A stretch of DNA of 64,000 bases, from IMG/VR virus record IMGVR_UViG_3300021979_000003, positions 175,091-239,090 of that record, one strand, 5' to 3'. Positions 40,474-49,754 of the stretch are shown here, one piece after another. The notes beneath the pieces are model-generated. The model saw nothing but the letters and a program-made list of their open reading frames with translations, was not told the DNA's origin and searched no databases. Each line of letters opens with the position of its first letter. Position 1 is the first letter of the stretch. A program made the position numbers and the translations under genes. The DNA is from a virus. Its lineage: Duplodnaviria > Caudoviricetes.

Positions 40474-40773
40474 ATGAGTAATAAAAATTTTGTCGGAATG
40501 GTTAACATGATTAACAACATTAGTTCGGGTTTAAATGAACAAGAATCTTTAAACGAGTACCTAACTATGTTAGAATCTGTACAGAATCTAGAAGAACAAG
40601 ATGATGATCTTGAAGAGACTGAAATGACCAAAGAACTCGAAGATAAACGTGAAGAATATGTTTTAGAGTTGAAGAAAAAAGCAGATTACTTTAAAAAACG
40701 TTACGGCGATGATTGGGAAAACGTTATGTATGGTACAGCTACCAACCTCGCTAAAAAAGACTTAGGAATGTAA
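40474..40773 (+). CDS. Small acidic probable head protein
   Basis: CATAAATA upstream; LNE, LES and LEE motifs; VMYGTATNLAKK. Confidence 0.7.
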   Translation: MSNKNFVGMVNMINNISSGLNEQESLNEYLTMLESVQNLEEQDDDLEETEMTKELEDKREEYVLELKKKADYFKKRYGDDWENVMYGTATNLAKKDLGM

Positions 40774-40782
40774 AATACTTTT

Positions 40783-41346
40783 ATGGCTGAAGATATTGAT
40801 AAAATACAACAAATTCTGAAGAAGGCAGAAGAATATGCTGCTAGAAAAGCTGAAAAGGGTGAAAAACCTAAGCTCTCTAGTGGTGCTTTCTGGGTTTCTC
40901 CACAAGGTAAAGTCCGTGTTGTAAAAAGCGGAAACTACCACATCAATGATGTTATTCAGAATCCTGACATTTTCGGATGGACTAAAGAAGACATCGATAA
41001 CCTCTATGATCAACACGGTGAAAAAATTGGTCAGGAAGGTGACGCACGTGACAATCTCATGACTTCACTGCTTAAAGATGGGTGGGTACGTATTCGTATA
41101 CGTAAAAACTTTTACAGTATTCAGGTTTGGGATTTCAACCCAAGCACTTTTACTAAGCTTGAGAGTTTTGTATCTGAAGCTATTACAGATGGAATTAATG
41201 GTCAATACGCATCTGAGTATGATGAGGCCAAAATCAATGCGCTAAAATCTGGACGTATGAAATCACTATCCTTTGATGAAATATTGAAAGGGTATTTGTA
41301 CGAATCGGAAGAGCGTTCTATTGATTTCAACTTTTTTACAAGGTAA
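40783..41346 (+). CDS. Hypothetical protein (FWVSPQG..H..GWVRIR family)
   Basis: ORF track; lies in a late operon. Confidence 0.7.
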   Translation: MAEDIDKIQQILKKAEEYAARKAEKGEKPKLSSGAFWVSPQGKVRVVKSGNYHINDVIQNPDIFGWTKEDIDNLYDQHGEKIGQEGDARDNLMTSLLKDGWVRIRIRKNFYSIQVWDFNPSTFTKLESFVSEAITDGINGQYASEYDEAKINALKSGRMKSLSFDEILKGYLYESEERSIDFNFFTR

Positions 41347-41349
41347 GCC

Positions 41350-41976
41350 GTGAGAATTACAGATATCACTGAGGCTGTTAGCGACAGCCTTCTATATCAT
41401 GCTGTTAAAATAGAATATGCAGTTAATCAACTCGCTAATGATAAGATAGAAGGCCGAAGCAGCCAACGTGTTTGGCCTGACGGTGTTCGTCGTAAAGAAG
41501 ATGATGAGCATTATGAAGATCATTGGCTTTTAAAAGGAATTAGTACCACCAGAGATTTTTCTTTTGCTAAAAATTTCAATGGCGTGGTATATATCCTTGA
41601 TCGCGACAAAGTGTCACATAATTTTAAGATAGTTCCTTATAATTGGGGCTTTCATATAGGTGGTGGGTACGTACAGAAAGATATAAAGCGTGAGCGTGAA
41701 GAGTTTGTTGTATTCAACACTTTGAAGAAATCATTTGATGATTTAAAAAGAGAGTGGGAAAAATACATAGAAAAGCATAATGAAAATCCCGATGAATTTG
41801 AATTCGTTAATCAGTTTGATTTTATGTTTGGCCCTAGTGGAGAAATGAAACCGTTAAGTCGCTATTTACGTGGAGTAATGATAGCCGATTACATTGTTGA
41901 AATTTATGGAGAAGATAATGATATGGTTAAAACCATAATGTCTCATCCCAAGTATAAGGGGATATATAAAACATGA
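41350..41976 (+). CDS. Putative ADP-ribosyltransferase-fold protein
   Basis: LLYHA, GISTTRDFSFA and EREEF motifs; MRITDITEA N-terminus (GTG start). Confidence 0.55.
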   Translation: MRITDITEAVSDSLLYHAVKIEYAVNQLANDKIEGRSSQRVWPDGVRRKEDDEHYEDHWLLKGISTTRDFSFAKNFNGVVYILDRDKVSHNFKIVPYNWGFHIGGGYVQKDIKREREEFVVFNTLKKSFDDLKREWEKYIEKHNENPDEFEFVNQFDFMFGPSGEMKPLSRYLRGVMIADYIVEIYGEDNDMVKTIMSHPKYKGIYKT

Positions 41977-43319
41977 AACAGTATATAGACCTTATCGATA
42001 AAGTTCTTAATGAAGCAACGAATGACTACGACAAAACAAAGCTTCAACCCGCCTTGATGACACGTTCCGAATATATATCTCATCGTAATCCTAGAGGTAA
42101 GATGCACTCTTCTGATGCATACAAAACCACAATAGATTCATTGAACCAAGACTATTCACTATCGCTTAACCGCCAAGGCGGAATGCTGATTGTTGGTGGT
42201 GAAAGATATACTTTACTATCCAATGAGCAAGATGGAAAAGAATTATACTTAGTTCTGAAGAGTGCTGATAATAAGGATGATATAGAAGCATTTGCTAAAG
42301 ATGGTGTTCTTTATTATGATCCCATGAGGATTAGACGAGACGATGCAGTAAGTGCTACGAATGCAGATTACCATGATCTTGAAATTCAACCCGTTAAATA
42401 TATCGAACCTTTGTTTAAACGTCTTAACCTGAAGTCTCAAATAGATAAGTATCCCAAGCCTATTAAGAATATAACGATAGATGGTGAACAAATAAGAATT
42501 CGTCAAGCAGACGATCAGTTTGGAGATATAGCAGCTTTTAATGAAGATGATATGAAAGTAGCAGTGGGTCAGGATGAATGGGGCGCTGTACTAGTAATGG
42601 TTGCTGATGAATACCGTGGTAAGGGTATTGGTCCGATAATGCAGAAGATATACACTGAACTGTATCCAGACAAAGAATCTGGTGGATTCACACCATCTGG
42701 ACTTAACAACGCTACTAAGGTATGGGAAAGAGAAGTAAGACGATTCTTAGCTTCTGGTATCTATAGTAACTTAATTCGTAAAGGTGAAATAAGTAAAGAA
42801 AGAGTAGATGATATATTGTCGGGATTAAGTGGTAAGGTTGACTTTAAATCGAATCTTCCAAAGAAAGTTCCACAAAAAGAAAAAGATTACATGGTTTATT
42901 ATAACGGTGCGAATGCTTTTATATTATATGACAAAGATTATTTACTTGATCATGACTTAAAATACATCTATGCGTATATTCATTTAGAACAGAAACCAAC
43001 TGCAAAAGATAATGAGGTTTATGTATTCCGTTTTGAATATGAATCAGATAAGGATAGACAGACGCTATTCCATATTGCTATTCAACAGATGGAATCTGAA
43101 GGTGTTACTGTACGAGAAGACGAAGCCGGATCAGACTATTTCAAATATAATGATATGAAACACATTGAAGTAAAAGATGGTGTTTTCAAAATGAATAAGA
43201 AGCCATTTTCTAATCTGAAGATGCTTTATAGCAAAGAAAAGCAGTTAAGAAACCAAATCGATAAATATAATGAAGTACTATACAATTTACTTGAAGATGC
43301 CGAACGAAAATGGAGATAA
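41973..43319 (+). CDS. Multi-domain protein with a GNAT acetyltransferase domain
   Basis: VMVADEYRGKGIG acetyl-CoA motif and ESGGFTPSG. Confidence 0.7.
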   Translation: MKQYIDLIDKVLNEATNDYDKTKLQPALMTRSEYISHRNPRGKMHSSDAYKTTIDSLNQDYSLSLNRQGGMLIVGGERYTLLSNEQDGKELYLVLKSADNKDDIEAFAKDGVLYYDPMRIRRDDAVSATNADYHDLEIQPVKYIEPLFKRLNLKSQIDKYPKPIKNITIDGEQIRIRQADDQFGDIAAFNEDDMKVAVGQDEWGAVLVMVADEYRGKGIGPIMQKIYTELYPDKESGGFTPSGLNNATKVWEREVRRFLASGIYSNLIRKGEISKERVDDILSGLSGKVDFKSNLPKKVPQKEKDYMVYYNGANAFILYDKDYLLDHDLKYIYAYIHLEQKPTAKDNEVYVFRFEYESDKDRQTLFHIAIQQMESEGVTVREDEAGSDYFKYNDMKHIEVKDGVFKMNKKPFSNLKMLYSKEKQLRNQIDKYNEVLYNLLEDAERKWR

Positions 43320-43325
43320 TTTAAA

Positions 43326-44234
43326 ATGAGTATGAAAAAATACAGAGAACTTCTTGAAAGCGTAGAAAACGGAAAAGAAGTTGAAGAATCAAAAGAAGAA
43401 ATGGAAGAAACCCTTGAAGAAGATCGTTACGAAGAAGAGCTTCCCGGTGATGAAGATATGGGTATGGATTCCTCACTAGACATGGACGACTACGATCTAG
43501 ACAGCGAACTAGATATGGAAATTGCACGTGATGGTCTGGAAGATGAGTATATGGGTGATGACGAAGAGTATATTGCACCTGATCTAGACGCGGATATGGA
43601 CGTTGATGATGAACTAGGTTCAGAAGAGGACGATGTTATCTTTAACTACACTGCAACTATTCAACTAACTGGCTATGATTATCCACTAGTTCTACAGGCT
43701 GACGACATGGAAGAAATCAAAACTGTTATGCGTGTAATGCAACAAAGTGGTCTAAACCCTAAAGGTGATTACAAGTGGAACAGTAAGACATTTGAAATTG
43801 AGCTTGATGAATCTGCTGAAAATAACCGTAAGCGAGAAATCGTTCATAGTGAAAATGGATTTGATATTGTAAAAGTCAAAGGCGGCGGTTGGGCCGATTC
43901 ATATAAAGTATATAAAGGCAACAAAATAGTTAGTAATTGGAATTATTATGATGATGCCTTAGATTTTGTTCAAGGTAAAAAGTCTGATAAAGAATCTGTT
44001 ACTGAAGAAGCTGATGATAATTGGGCATACGATGAAGGCTGTGAAGCTGCGAAGGCCGATTGTAAAGCAGGTCTAGGTAATTACATTGGTGATCCTCGTG
44101 ATACTGTTAAAGATGATAAGGAAATGAGTTCTTCTGAAAAACAGAAATACATGAAGGGTTATAAGAAAACTTTAGATGATAAAGGTTATAAGCTTTCAGG
44201 CTCTGGTGAGAAGACGCAAATTGTTAAGAAATAA
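43326..44234 (+). CDS. Acidic probable head-internal protein
   Basis: MKKYRELLES; VEES, LEE, LDES and VTEE motifs. Confidence 0.7.
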   Translation: MSMKKYRELLESVENGKEVEESKEEMEETLEEDRYEEELPGDEDMGMDSSLDMDDYDLDSELDMEIARDGLEDEYMGDDEEYIAPDLDADMDVDDELGSEEDDVIFNYTATIQLTGYDYPLVLQADDMEEIKTVMRVMQQSGLNPKGDYKWNSKTFEIELDESAENNRKREIVHSENGFDIVKVKGGGWADSYKVYKGNKIVSNWNYYDDALDFVQGKKSDKESVTEEADDNWAYDEGCEAAKADCKAGLGNYIGDPRDTVKDDKEMSSSEKQKYMKGYKKTLDDKGYKLSGSGEKTQIVKK

Positions 44235-44255
44235 TCTATAACAAGCATTAGATAT

Positions 44256-44283
44256 AAAAAGGGACGCTATACGTCCCTTTTTT
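44256..44283 (+). terminator. Rho-independent terminator
   Basis: AAAAAGGGACG-CTATA-CGTCCCTTTTTT. Confidence 0.8.
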
Positions 44284-44331
44284 ATTGACAATAAATAAAC
44301 TTATGATATTGTCAATATAGTGAGGTGAAAT

Positions 44332-45030
44332 ATGGCTAATAATAACAAAAATATAGAAGATGATGGAATTGATACTTCAAGTTTTAAGTCAAGTCTATCG
44401 GACTATCTATCAAGCTCTAGTATATTGGATAAACTAAAACAATCTCAAGATGATTTTAAAGTTAATACATCAATGCCAAATTATACAGACTATTCGTATG
44501 ATTATGACTACACAACTGCAAGAAAGAATTTAACAAGCACTGGCGGTCCTGTTGGTTGGGGAACTACCACTACGGGAACTACCAACATGGGTCATGTTCA
44601 TACACATACTGGAACGACTAGTATAGGTGGGACTCATACACACAACCTAGTTTATGATTCATCCATGTATCAGTTCTACAAACAGCCATTTTCAAAGGCT
44701 GGATTCATCAATGATGTGATTGTGGCTGGTAACTCTGTGAAGAGACATATCGAATCGCACATAGACAACTATACTGATGATGGTCTAATTGACTGTCTTG
44801 AATTTTGTGATAAGTTCGAACTATTAACCCCCGATTTATTCTGGTATGCGGTAAGCAAAAACCTAGTGTTATATCCTTTGTACACCAAGTACCATGAAGT
44901 AGATAGATGTCTTGAAATTATAGAACGAGAAAAAAATAAAAACATAATTGGGTATACCGCAAAGAATGTCAAAGAAGATATTGAATTCAAACGTGGAGTC
45001 AATAAGTTAAAACTTAAAGGTGTTCTGTGA
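44332..45030 (+). CDS. Hypothetical protein with Thr/Gly/His low-complexity segment
   Basis: ORF track; GAGG RBS. Confidence 0.65.
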   Translation: MANNNKNIEDDGIDTSSFKSSLSDYLSSSSILDKLKQSQDDFKVNTSMPNYTDYSYDYDYTTARKNLTSTGGPVGWGTTTTGTTNMGHVHTHTGTTSIGGTHTHNLVYDSSMYQFYKQPFSKAGFINDVIVAGNSVKRHIESHIDNYTDDGLIDCLEFCDKFELLTPDLFWYAVSKNLVLYPLYTKYHEVDRCLEIIEREKNKNIIGYTAKNVKEDIEFKRGVNKLKLKGVL

Positions 45031-45485
45031 AAATACCTTGGAAGTATTCTCTTATTGAACAAATAACAAATACAACACTTGGCCTCTTTATTGGGGCCTT
45101 GTTTCTGATATTTGTCATAAATCCTATGTTCTCACTATCTCTAACTGTTATTGTGAGTATAGAAGTATCTATCATCATGTTTATTGTAAGCACGATTAGA
45201 GGGCTTCTGATACGTAGACTGTGGATTCGATTTATAGAAGAGAAGCAATCGTTGAGACATAGTTTTGTTGAAAAGTTCATAGACGTTGGTTTGGGACTTG
45301 TCATTGCTACTATTGTTTGGTCGTTCTTCGTAATGCCTGCGTATGATGTGCAGACCACATTCTTCGTAGATTTGTTGATTAACTTGATGTTCTTCTTCGT
45401 GAATCTATTACGCTCTGTAGTAGTTAGAAGATTCTTTGAAATTCATTCACAAAAGTACTTGACAGGAAGTACCCAGACTGTATAA
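45027..45485 (+). CDS. Membrane protein with two tandem homologous units
   Basis: YSLIEQITNTTLG..RRLW repeated as HSFVEKFIDVGLG..RRFF. Confidence 0.65.
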   Translation: MKIPWKYSLIEQITNTTLGLFIGALFLIFVINPMFSLSLTVIVSIEVSIIMFIVSTIRGLLIRRLWIRFIEEKQSLRHSFVEKFIDVGLGLVIATIVWSFFVMPAYDVQTTFFVDLLINLMFFFVNLLRSVVVRRFFEIHSQKYLTGSTQTV

Positions 45486-45486
45486 T
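45459..45486 (+). promoter_or_regulatory. Consensus sigma70 promoter TTGACA-N16-TATAAT
   Basis: Perfect hexamers at 45459-45464 and 45481-45486. Confidence 0.8.
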
Positions 45487-45504
45487 TGAACACAGTTAGC
45501 GCTA

Positions 45505-45773
45505 ATAGGGAATGTAATTCCCGAGTAGATAATCATGGCAATTCAAGTTCCAGATTATTATATTATGGAGTTTTCATCCGGTTTAGATATATAAAATACT
45601 AGATTTAATATATTATTAAACACTAACATATATCTATTAGCTAGATGTTAACAAGCAACTGATTGGGTTAAATTTATAGACACTATCATAGAATATATAT
45701 TCTATAATACTTATAAAAAGTGTCGAATCTGGGAGCCGCGACTCAGTTGTTTCATGTTATCTACTTCCCCTAT
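45505..45773 (+). ncRNA. Candidate structured non-coding RNA or long structured leader (unknown class)
   Basis: Nested long-range complementarity plus internal hairpins directly downstream of the promoter. Confidence 0.55.
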
Positions 45774-45794
45774 CTATATTGATATATCAGGACA

Positions 45795-46610
45795 ATGAAC
45801 ATGCGAAACTTTGACGAAATAATTGATTCTGCAACACATGAACTTGTAAAGAGTCATGGCTTTACTGATGAGAACAGTAACGAATATAAAGTATTATTCG
45901 AAGGTAGACGTGCCACACTCCTATCAGATTTCAATGATAAGGTCGATCTTAATAATATAACTGCCCCTGCCCTGAAAGGTGTCAAAGAACTTATCGCCAA
46001 TGGTGTCATTGAAGACACAAAACAAACTGCGGTGGTATCGTTTTCGAGTTTAATGGCTGGTCAGTTTATCCACTTAGTTAACTTCATCAAAGACAATGAC
46101 GAGCTTAAATATCATCAGCTTCATAATAGGTCTAATATTCTTATTGAAAATCTAACACCTTTTAAAGCTCTGCAACTTTCTGAGCTATTGAAAAATGATC
46201 TTGTATACTTGACTCTCAGTCTGAAGTACCTTGAGAAGTATGCTGAGTTGGTTCAAAGTAAAGTAATAACCATCAGTACTGATGGCAAGCTTTACAATAA
46301 AAATAAGACATATAAGATCAATGTTCGCGTAGCAGCAAATGTTCCTGCCGCCGAGGCAAATAGACGTAAAGATCATTATGCTGACGTTATTCTAAGACTA
46401 TCCAAAGGTCTAAAAGAAAAAGGCTATGATGCAATGATCGGAACATCAGGTGGTAATGTCGGTCACTCATTGACAATGTACACTGATGATATTCCATCAC
46501 TTAATATTTTTAAGCTATATCGTCTTGGTAATATTAGTATTGGTGTACGTGACGATCTTAAGATGGTAACGGATGAAGAGTTTGTAGGTATTTTCAAAGA
46601 CCTCTTATGA
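45795..46610 (+). CDS. Hypothetical protein following the structured element
   Basis: 271-aa ORF; AGGA RBS (start 45795 or 45801). Confidence 0.7.
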   Translation: MNMRNFDEIIDSATHELVKSHGFTDENSNEYKVLFEGRRATLLSDFNDKVDLNNITAPALKGVKELIANGVIEDTKQTAVVSFSSLMAGQFIHLVNFIKDNDELKYHQLHNRSNILIENLTPFKALQLSELLKNDLVYLTLSLKYLEKYAELVQSKVITISTDGKLYNKNKTYKINVRVAANVPAAEANRRKDHYADVILRLSKGLKEKGYDAMIGTSGGNVGHSLTMYTDDIPSLNIFKLYRLGNISIGVRDDLKMVTDEEFVGIFKDLL

Positions 46611-46662
46611 TCTTGAATTATATTTTTAATTCAGGTATTATGTTCATAAGAGGATTTGGAAT

Positions 46663-47016
46663 ATGCTAGATTACGCAATTGAAAAAGCAAGAGAGATAGA
46701 CCTTGATGAAAACTATGTCAGGGTCTATGCTGTTATTACTGACAAGCGTGGACGTATTGTTAGCGAAGCTCATAACAGTTACACAAAAACGCATCCACTC
46801 CAAGCACGGTTTGCTAAGATTGTTGGTAACGAAGAAGCTGTATACCTTCATGCTGAGATTCGTGCGATGGTTAAATGTAAAGAAGGTCAGGGACATAAAA
46901 TGTATGTAGCTAGGGTAGGAAGAACAGGCAATCCACTTCCTGCCTGTCCGTGTGAAATTTGTCAGGCTGCAATAGAAAGACTTGGGGTGGTTAAATCAGT
47001 GGAGTATACTGTATGA
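46663..47016 (+). CDS. Zn-dependent cytidine/dCMP-type deaminase
   Basis: LHAEIRA and PCEIC motifs. Confidence 0.85.
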   Translation: MLDYAIEKAREIDLDENYVRVYAVITDKRGRIVSEAHNSYTKTHPLQARFAKIVGNEEAVYLHAEIRAMVKCKEGQGHKMYVARVGRTGNPLPACPCEICQAAIERLGVVKSVEYTV

Positions 47017-47780
47017 GTAAAAATTTTATTGACCTTGATGCGTTTACTAAATTTGTTGCAAATACTATCAGTGGTTATATATGTGATCCTGAAACGGATT
47101 GTGACGTAAACGATTTTCTATCTTATCCCCAATTTGTTTGGTCCTTCAACTATGGAAGTATGATTTATCATCCAGAGCTTGCAAAGGATTATGATGTTTG
47201 TGTAATACTATCAGAACAGTTAGTTGATATCTTCAATAACATCTTTAATAAAGACATTTTCGATACATGGACTATCAATGGATATCCAATAGATGTTAAG
47301 CATACGGTGTTCAGTTATCTAGATAGTTCTGAACTCCTAGAGCTTGATTACAATATACAGAATGACCGGTCTTGCTATAGGCCGCTATATCTTAAAATGT
47401 CACACGCATATCTACATCAAGATTCGGTAGAAATGCTGGTGTCTATGGCTTTGTGTGAAAAGCAGAAGGTTCGTCATTCTATATCACAAAAATGCTCTAA
47501 CTCATTTGTTAAAGCAAAGAAAAAGTTAACGGTAGAAAAGGATTATGATCGTTATTCTTCCATGAAGTCACTGTTTCATAGTATTCGAATGGCAGTCTTT
47601 GCATATAACTACGCTAAAGATGGTATTATAAAGCCTTCGGCGTGTTCTGAGTTATACAAAGAAATTATTGAAGATTATGAAAATCATAGTGATGACGAAG
47701 TACTTGAATTAATTAAGACTAAATACAAAGGGATTTATAATGAAAAGATGAGACTCTTTCGTCTCTTTTACCCAAAGTGA
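47013..47780 (+). CDS. Pol-beta superfamily nucleotidyltransferase
   Basis: FNYGSMIY..KDYDVCV; KSLFHSIR helical domain. Confidence 0.7.
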   Translation: MSKNFIDLDAFTKFVANTISGYICDPETDCDVNDFLSYPQFVWSFNYGSMIYHPELAKDYDVCVILSEQLVDIFNNIFNKDIFDTWTINGYPIDVKHTVFSYLDSSELLELDYNIQNDRSCYRPLYLKMSHAYLHQDSVEMLVSMALCEKQKVRHSISQKCSNSFVKAKKKLTVEKDYDRYSSMKSLFHSIRMAVFAYNYAKDGIIKPSACSELYKEIIEDYENHSDDEVLELIKTKYKGIYNEKMRLFRLFYPK

Positions 47781-47844
47781 GAAAAGTATGGTAGGTCCAA
47801 AAGTTATTTAATATAGGAGAACCTTATTATGGTTGGCCCAAAAC

Positions 47845-49158
47845 TTATTTAATATTAGATTTTATACTTTTAACTAAATCGTGTAAGATCATCGGGTTGG
47901 ATACTGAAGGCATTGTGTTCGCTTCTAGGAAGTAAACATTGCCTTCAATTTTACCCCTTGTTATTTTACCTGAAATCTTACCAACCCCTGATACGAAAGC
48001 CCCTAGTGACTCAGACACTTCCGTTTTTGATATTGCTATATCAACACCGCTTGCACCGTAACCTAATTCTTTAATAGCTGTAATGGCTATATTCTTACAA
48101 ACATTATATACTTCACCACTAGTAATAGATGTCATTGACATATTACTACCCATCTTTTTGTAGATACCACTTAGGTGATAATCACCATTCATGTAATACA
48201 CTACAACTCTATACTCAGACGCTATATCTAATAATGGTTGGAATACATAGTCTTCTGGGTTTTTAGGAACCTTATTAATAAGTTGACCTTCCTGTCTTTG
48301 ACCACTCTTATGTTTTGCTATAAATCGACCCTGTACATCATCACTGTCTTCATAAGTAGGAACCGTAGGAACTTTGCCTTTAAGCATATTATATTGTGAT
48401 TGTTTGTTGTAATATGCATTACCGAAATGAATTGTATTTCCAACTTCAGATATAGATGAGCGCCTACCAAACTTAATCATAGCTTGTCCTTTAAGAACAC
48501 TTTCGCCTATTTCAAATACGTTGCTTTTATCTGCAAGTTTATATATGTAATTTTGGAATTGCGCAGGTGCTTCATGGACATTTGATAGAATTATTTTAAA
48601 CTCAGTATCTTCTTCTGGTTCTTCTTCGTTTTCGTTTAAGTACTCATCACTAAGATGCTGTTCTACTTTATCTACTGACATTTTAGTTCCATGAGCTATC
48701 CAGTAGTTAAGAATGTTTGAACTGAATGGTGATTTTTGTGAAAAGCCAAAAGTAACATATTGGTTGCGCTTCATCAGGGTATTGATAGTTTTATTAGATG
48801 TTACGGTAGTTGCAAAGATAAACTGATAGTTATTAGCTACATCTCGTACTGCACGATATAGAAGAGTATAGGCATTAAAACTTCTCGCTTCAGGTTTGAT
48901 ATAAAGATACCCAACTTCAGCCCCTGTGATGCCTTCTATGGTAGTTTCTTTTAAACCTATAGTTCCAACCATATCATTACTATCATAAAGCCCAAAAAGC
49001 TTACCAGAGCTTCCTAGCTTACCTAACAGCCTTGAAGGTGTGAGGGTCCATGATAGTTGCGCACCATCATTGATCAAATCACATGCTGCTTGTAATTCTT
49101 CTTCGGATGATAATTCTTCGATATGTAATGTAGATTCAAACAGTTGTAGTACTTTCAT
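47845..49158 (-). CDS. GNAT domain fused to a RimK-like ATP-grasp ligase
   Basis: N-terminal VGTIGL..EVGYLYIKPEAR; C-terminal YVFQPLL..EYRV..GVDI..FLEAN..PS; TATAAATA at 49179-49186. Confidence 0.75.
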   Translation of the reverse strand: MKVLQLFESTLHIEELSSEEELQAACDLINDGAQLSWTLTPSRLLGKLGSSGKLFGLYDSNDMVGTIGLKETTIEGITGAEVGYLYIKPEARSFNAYTLLYRAVRDVANNYQFIFATTVTSNKTINTLMKRNQYVTFGFSQKSPFSSNILNYWIAHGTKMSVDKVEQHLSDEYLNENEEEPEEDTEFKIILSNVHEAPAQFQNYIYKLADKSNVFEIGESVLKGQAMIKFGRRSSISEVGNTIHFGNAYYNKQSQYNMLKGKVPTVPTYEDSDDVQGRFIAKHKSGQRQEGQLINKVPKNPEDYVFQPLLDIASEYRVVVYYMNGDYHLSGIYKKMGSNMSMTSITSGEVYNVCKNIAITAIKELGYGASGVDIAISKTEVSESLGAFVSGVGKISGKITRGKIEGNVYFLEANTMPSVSNPMILHDLVKSIKSNIK

Positions 49159-49250
49159 AGAATATCCTTGTATAAGAATATTTATAGAAAGTGTTGCAAT
49201 TAGATTTTTTAAGGTATATAATAGTATTAAATCAATACAGGAGAGTTACT

Positions 49251-49733
49251 ATGAGCTTTGATGAAACCAAGTACAAAAACACCATGAAATATCCGAAAGA
49301 ATCTGACTTCTATCGTTACACTGTTATGAGTGACGAAGGTGATAAGATCGGAAATTTTGAAAAAGCTAGTGAGCTTGTTAACGCTTTTAGTGAAGATATG
49401 CTGAAAGTATGCAACACAGTAAACAGCAAGGTGCGTACTGAAGGCAAGGCGAGTGTTGTATATGATGACTATGTTGTAGTTATCAAATATGACAAAGAAG
49501 CTTACCGGGAATATCGTAAAGCCTATGGTCAGGAAACCAGTCGTCTTGAAGAACTGTTTTACCAAGACTGCTGTGAAGATCATGGTTATGATCCTGATAG
49601 TGATCTGTCTAGGCTGATTTATAGTGAAGCTTATGATCGTGGTCACAGTGCAGGATATAGTGAAGTATATAACTACTTTGATAGTGTAGCAGCATTTGCA
49701 GATAATGTTCTGGAAGCTGTCAAGAATAATTAA
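49251..49733 (+). CDS. Hypothetical early protein
   Basis: TTGCAA..TATAAT promoter and AGGAG RBS before ATG 49251; YDRGHSAG motif. Confidence 0.7.
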   Translation: MSFDETKYKNTMKYPKESDFYRYTVMSDEGDKIGNFEKASELVNAFSEDMLKVCNTVNSKVRTEGKASVVYDDYVVVIKYDKEAYREYRKAYGQETSRLEELFYQDCCEDHGYDPDSDLSRLIYSEAYDRGHSAGYSEVYNYFDSVAAFADNVLEAVKNN

Positions 49734-49753
49734 GGGCCGTTAGGCCCTTTTTC
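49732..49753. terminator. Bidirectional terminator
   Basis: AAGGGCC-GTTA-GGCCCTTTTT. Confidence 0.75.
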
Positions 49754-49754
49754 T

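Noticed and set aside
44560-44650. HVHTHTG..HTHN resembling tail-fibre metal-binding repeats
   Set aside because: It is a short low-complexity patch in a non-fibre protein with no surrounding fibre architecture.
45505-45773. tmRNA, RNase P or SRP identity for the structured element
   Set aside because: It lacks the GGGGC..UUCGA acceptor/T-arm, GAGGAAAGUCC and SRP helix-8 signatures, and no ssrA-like tag is evident.
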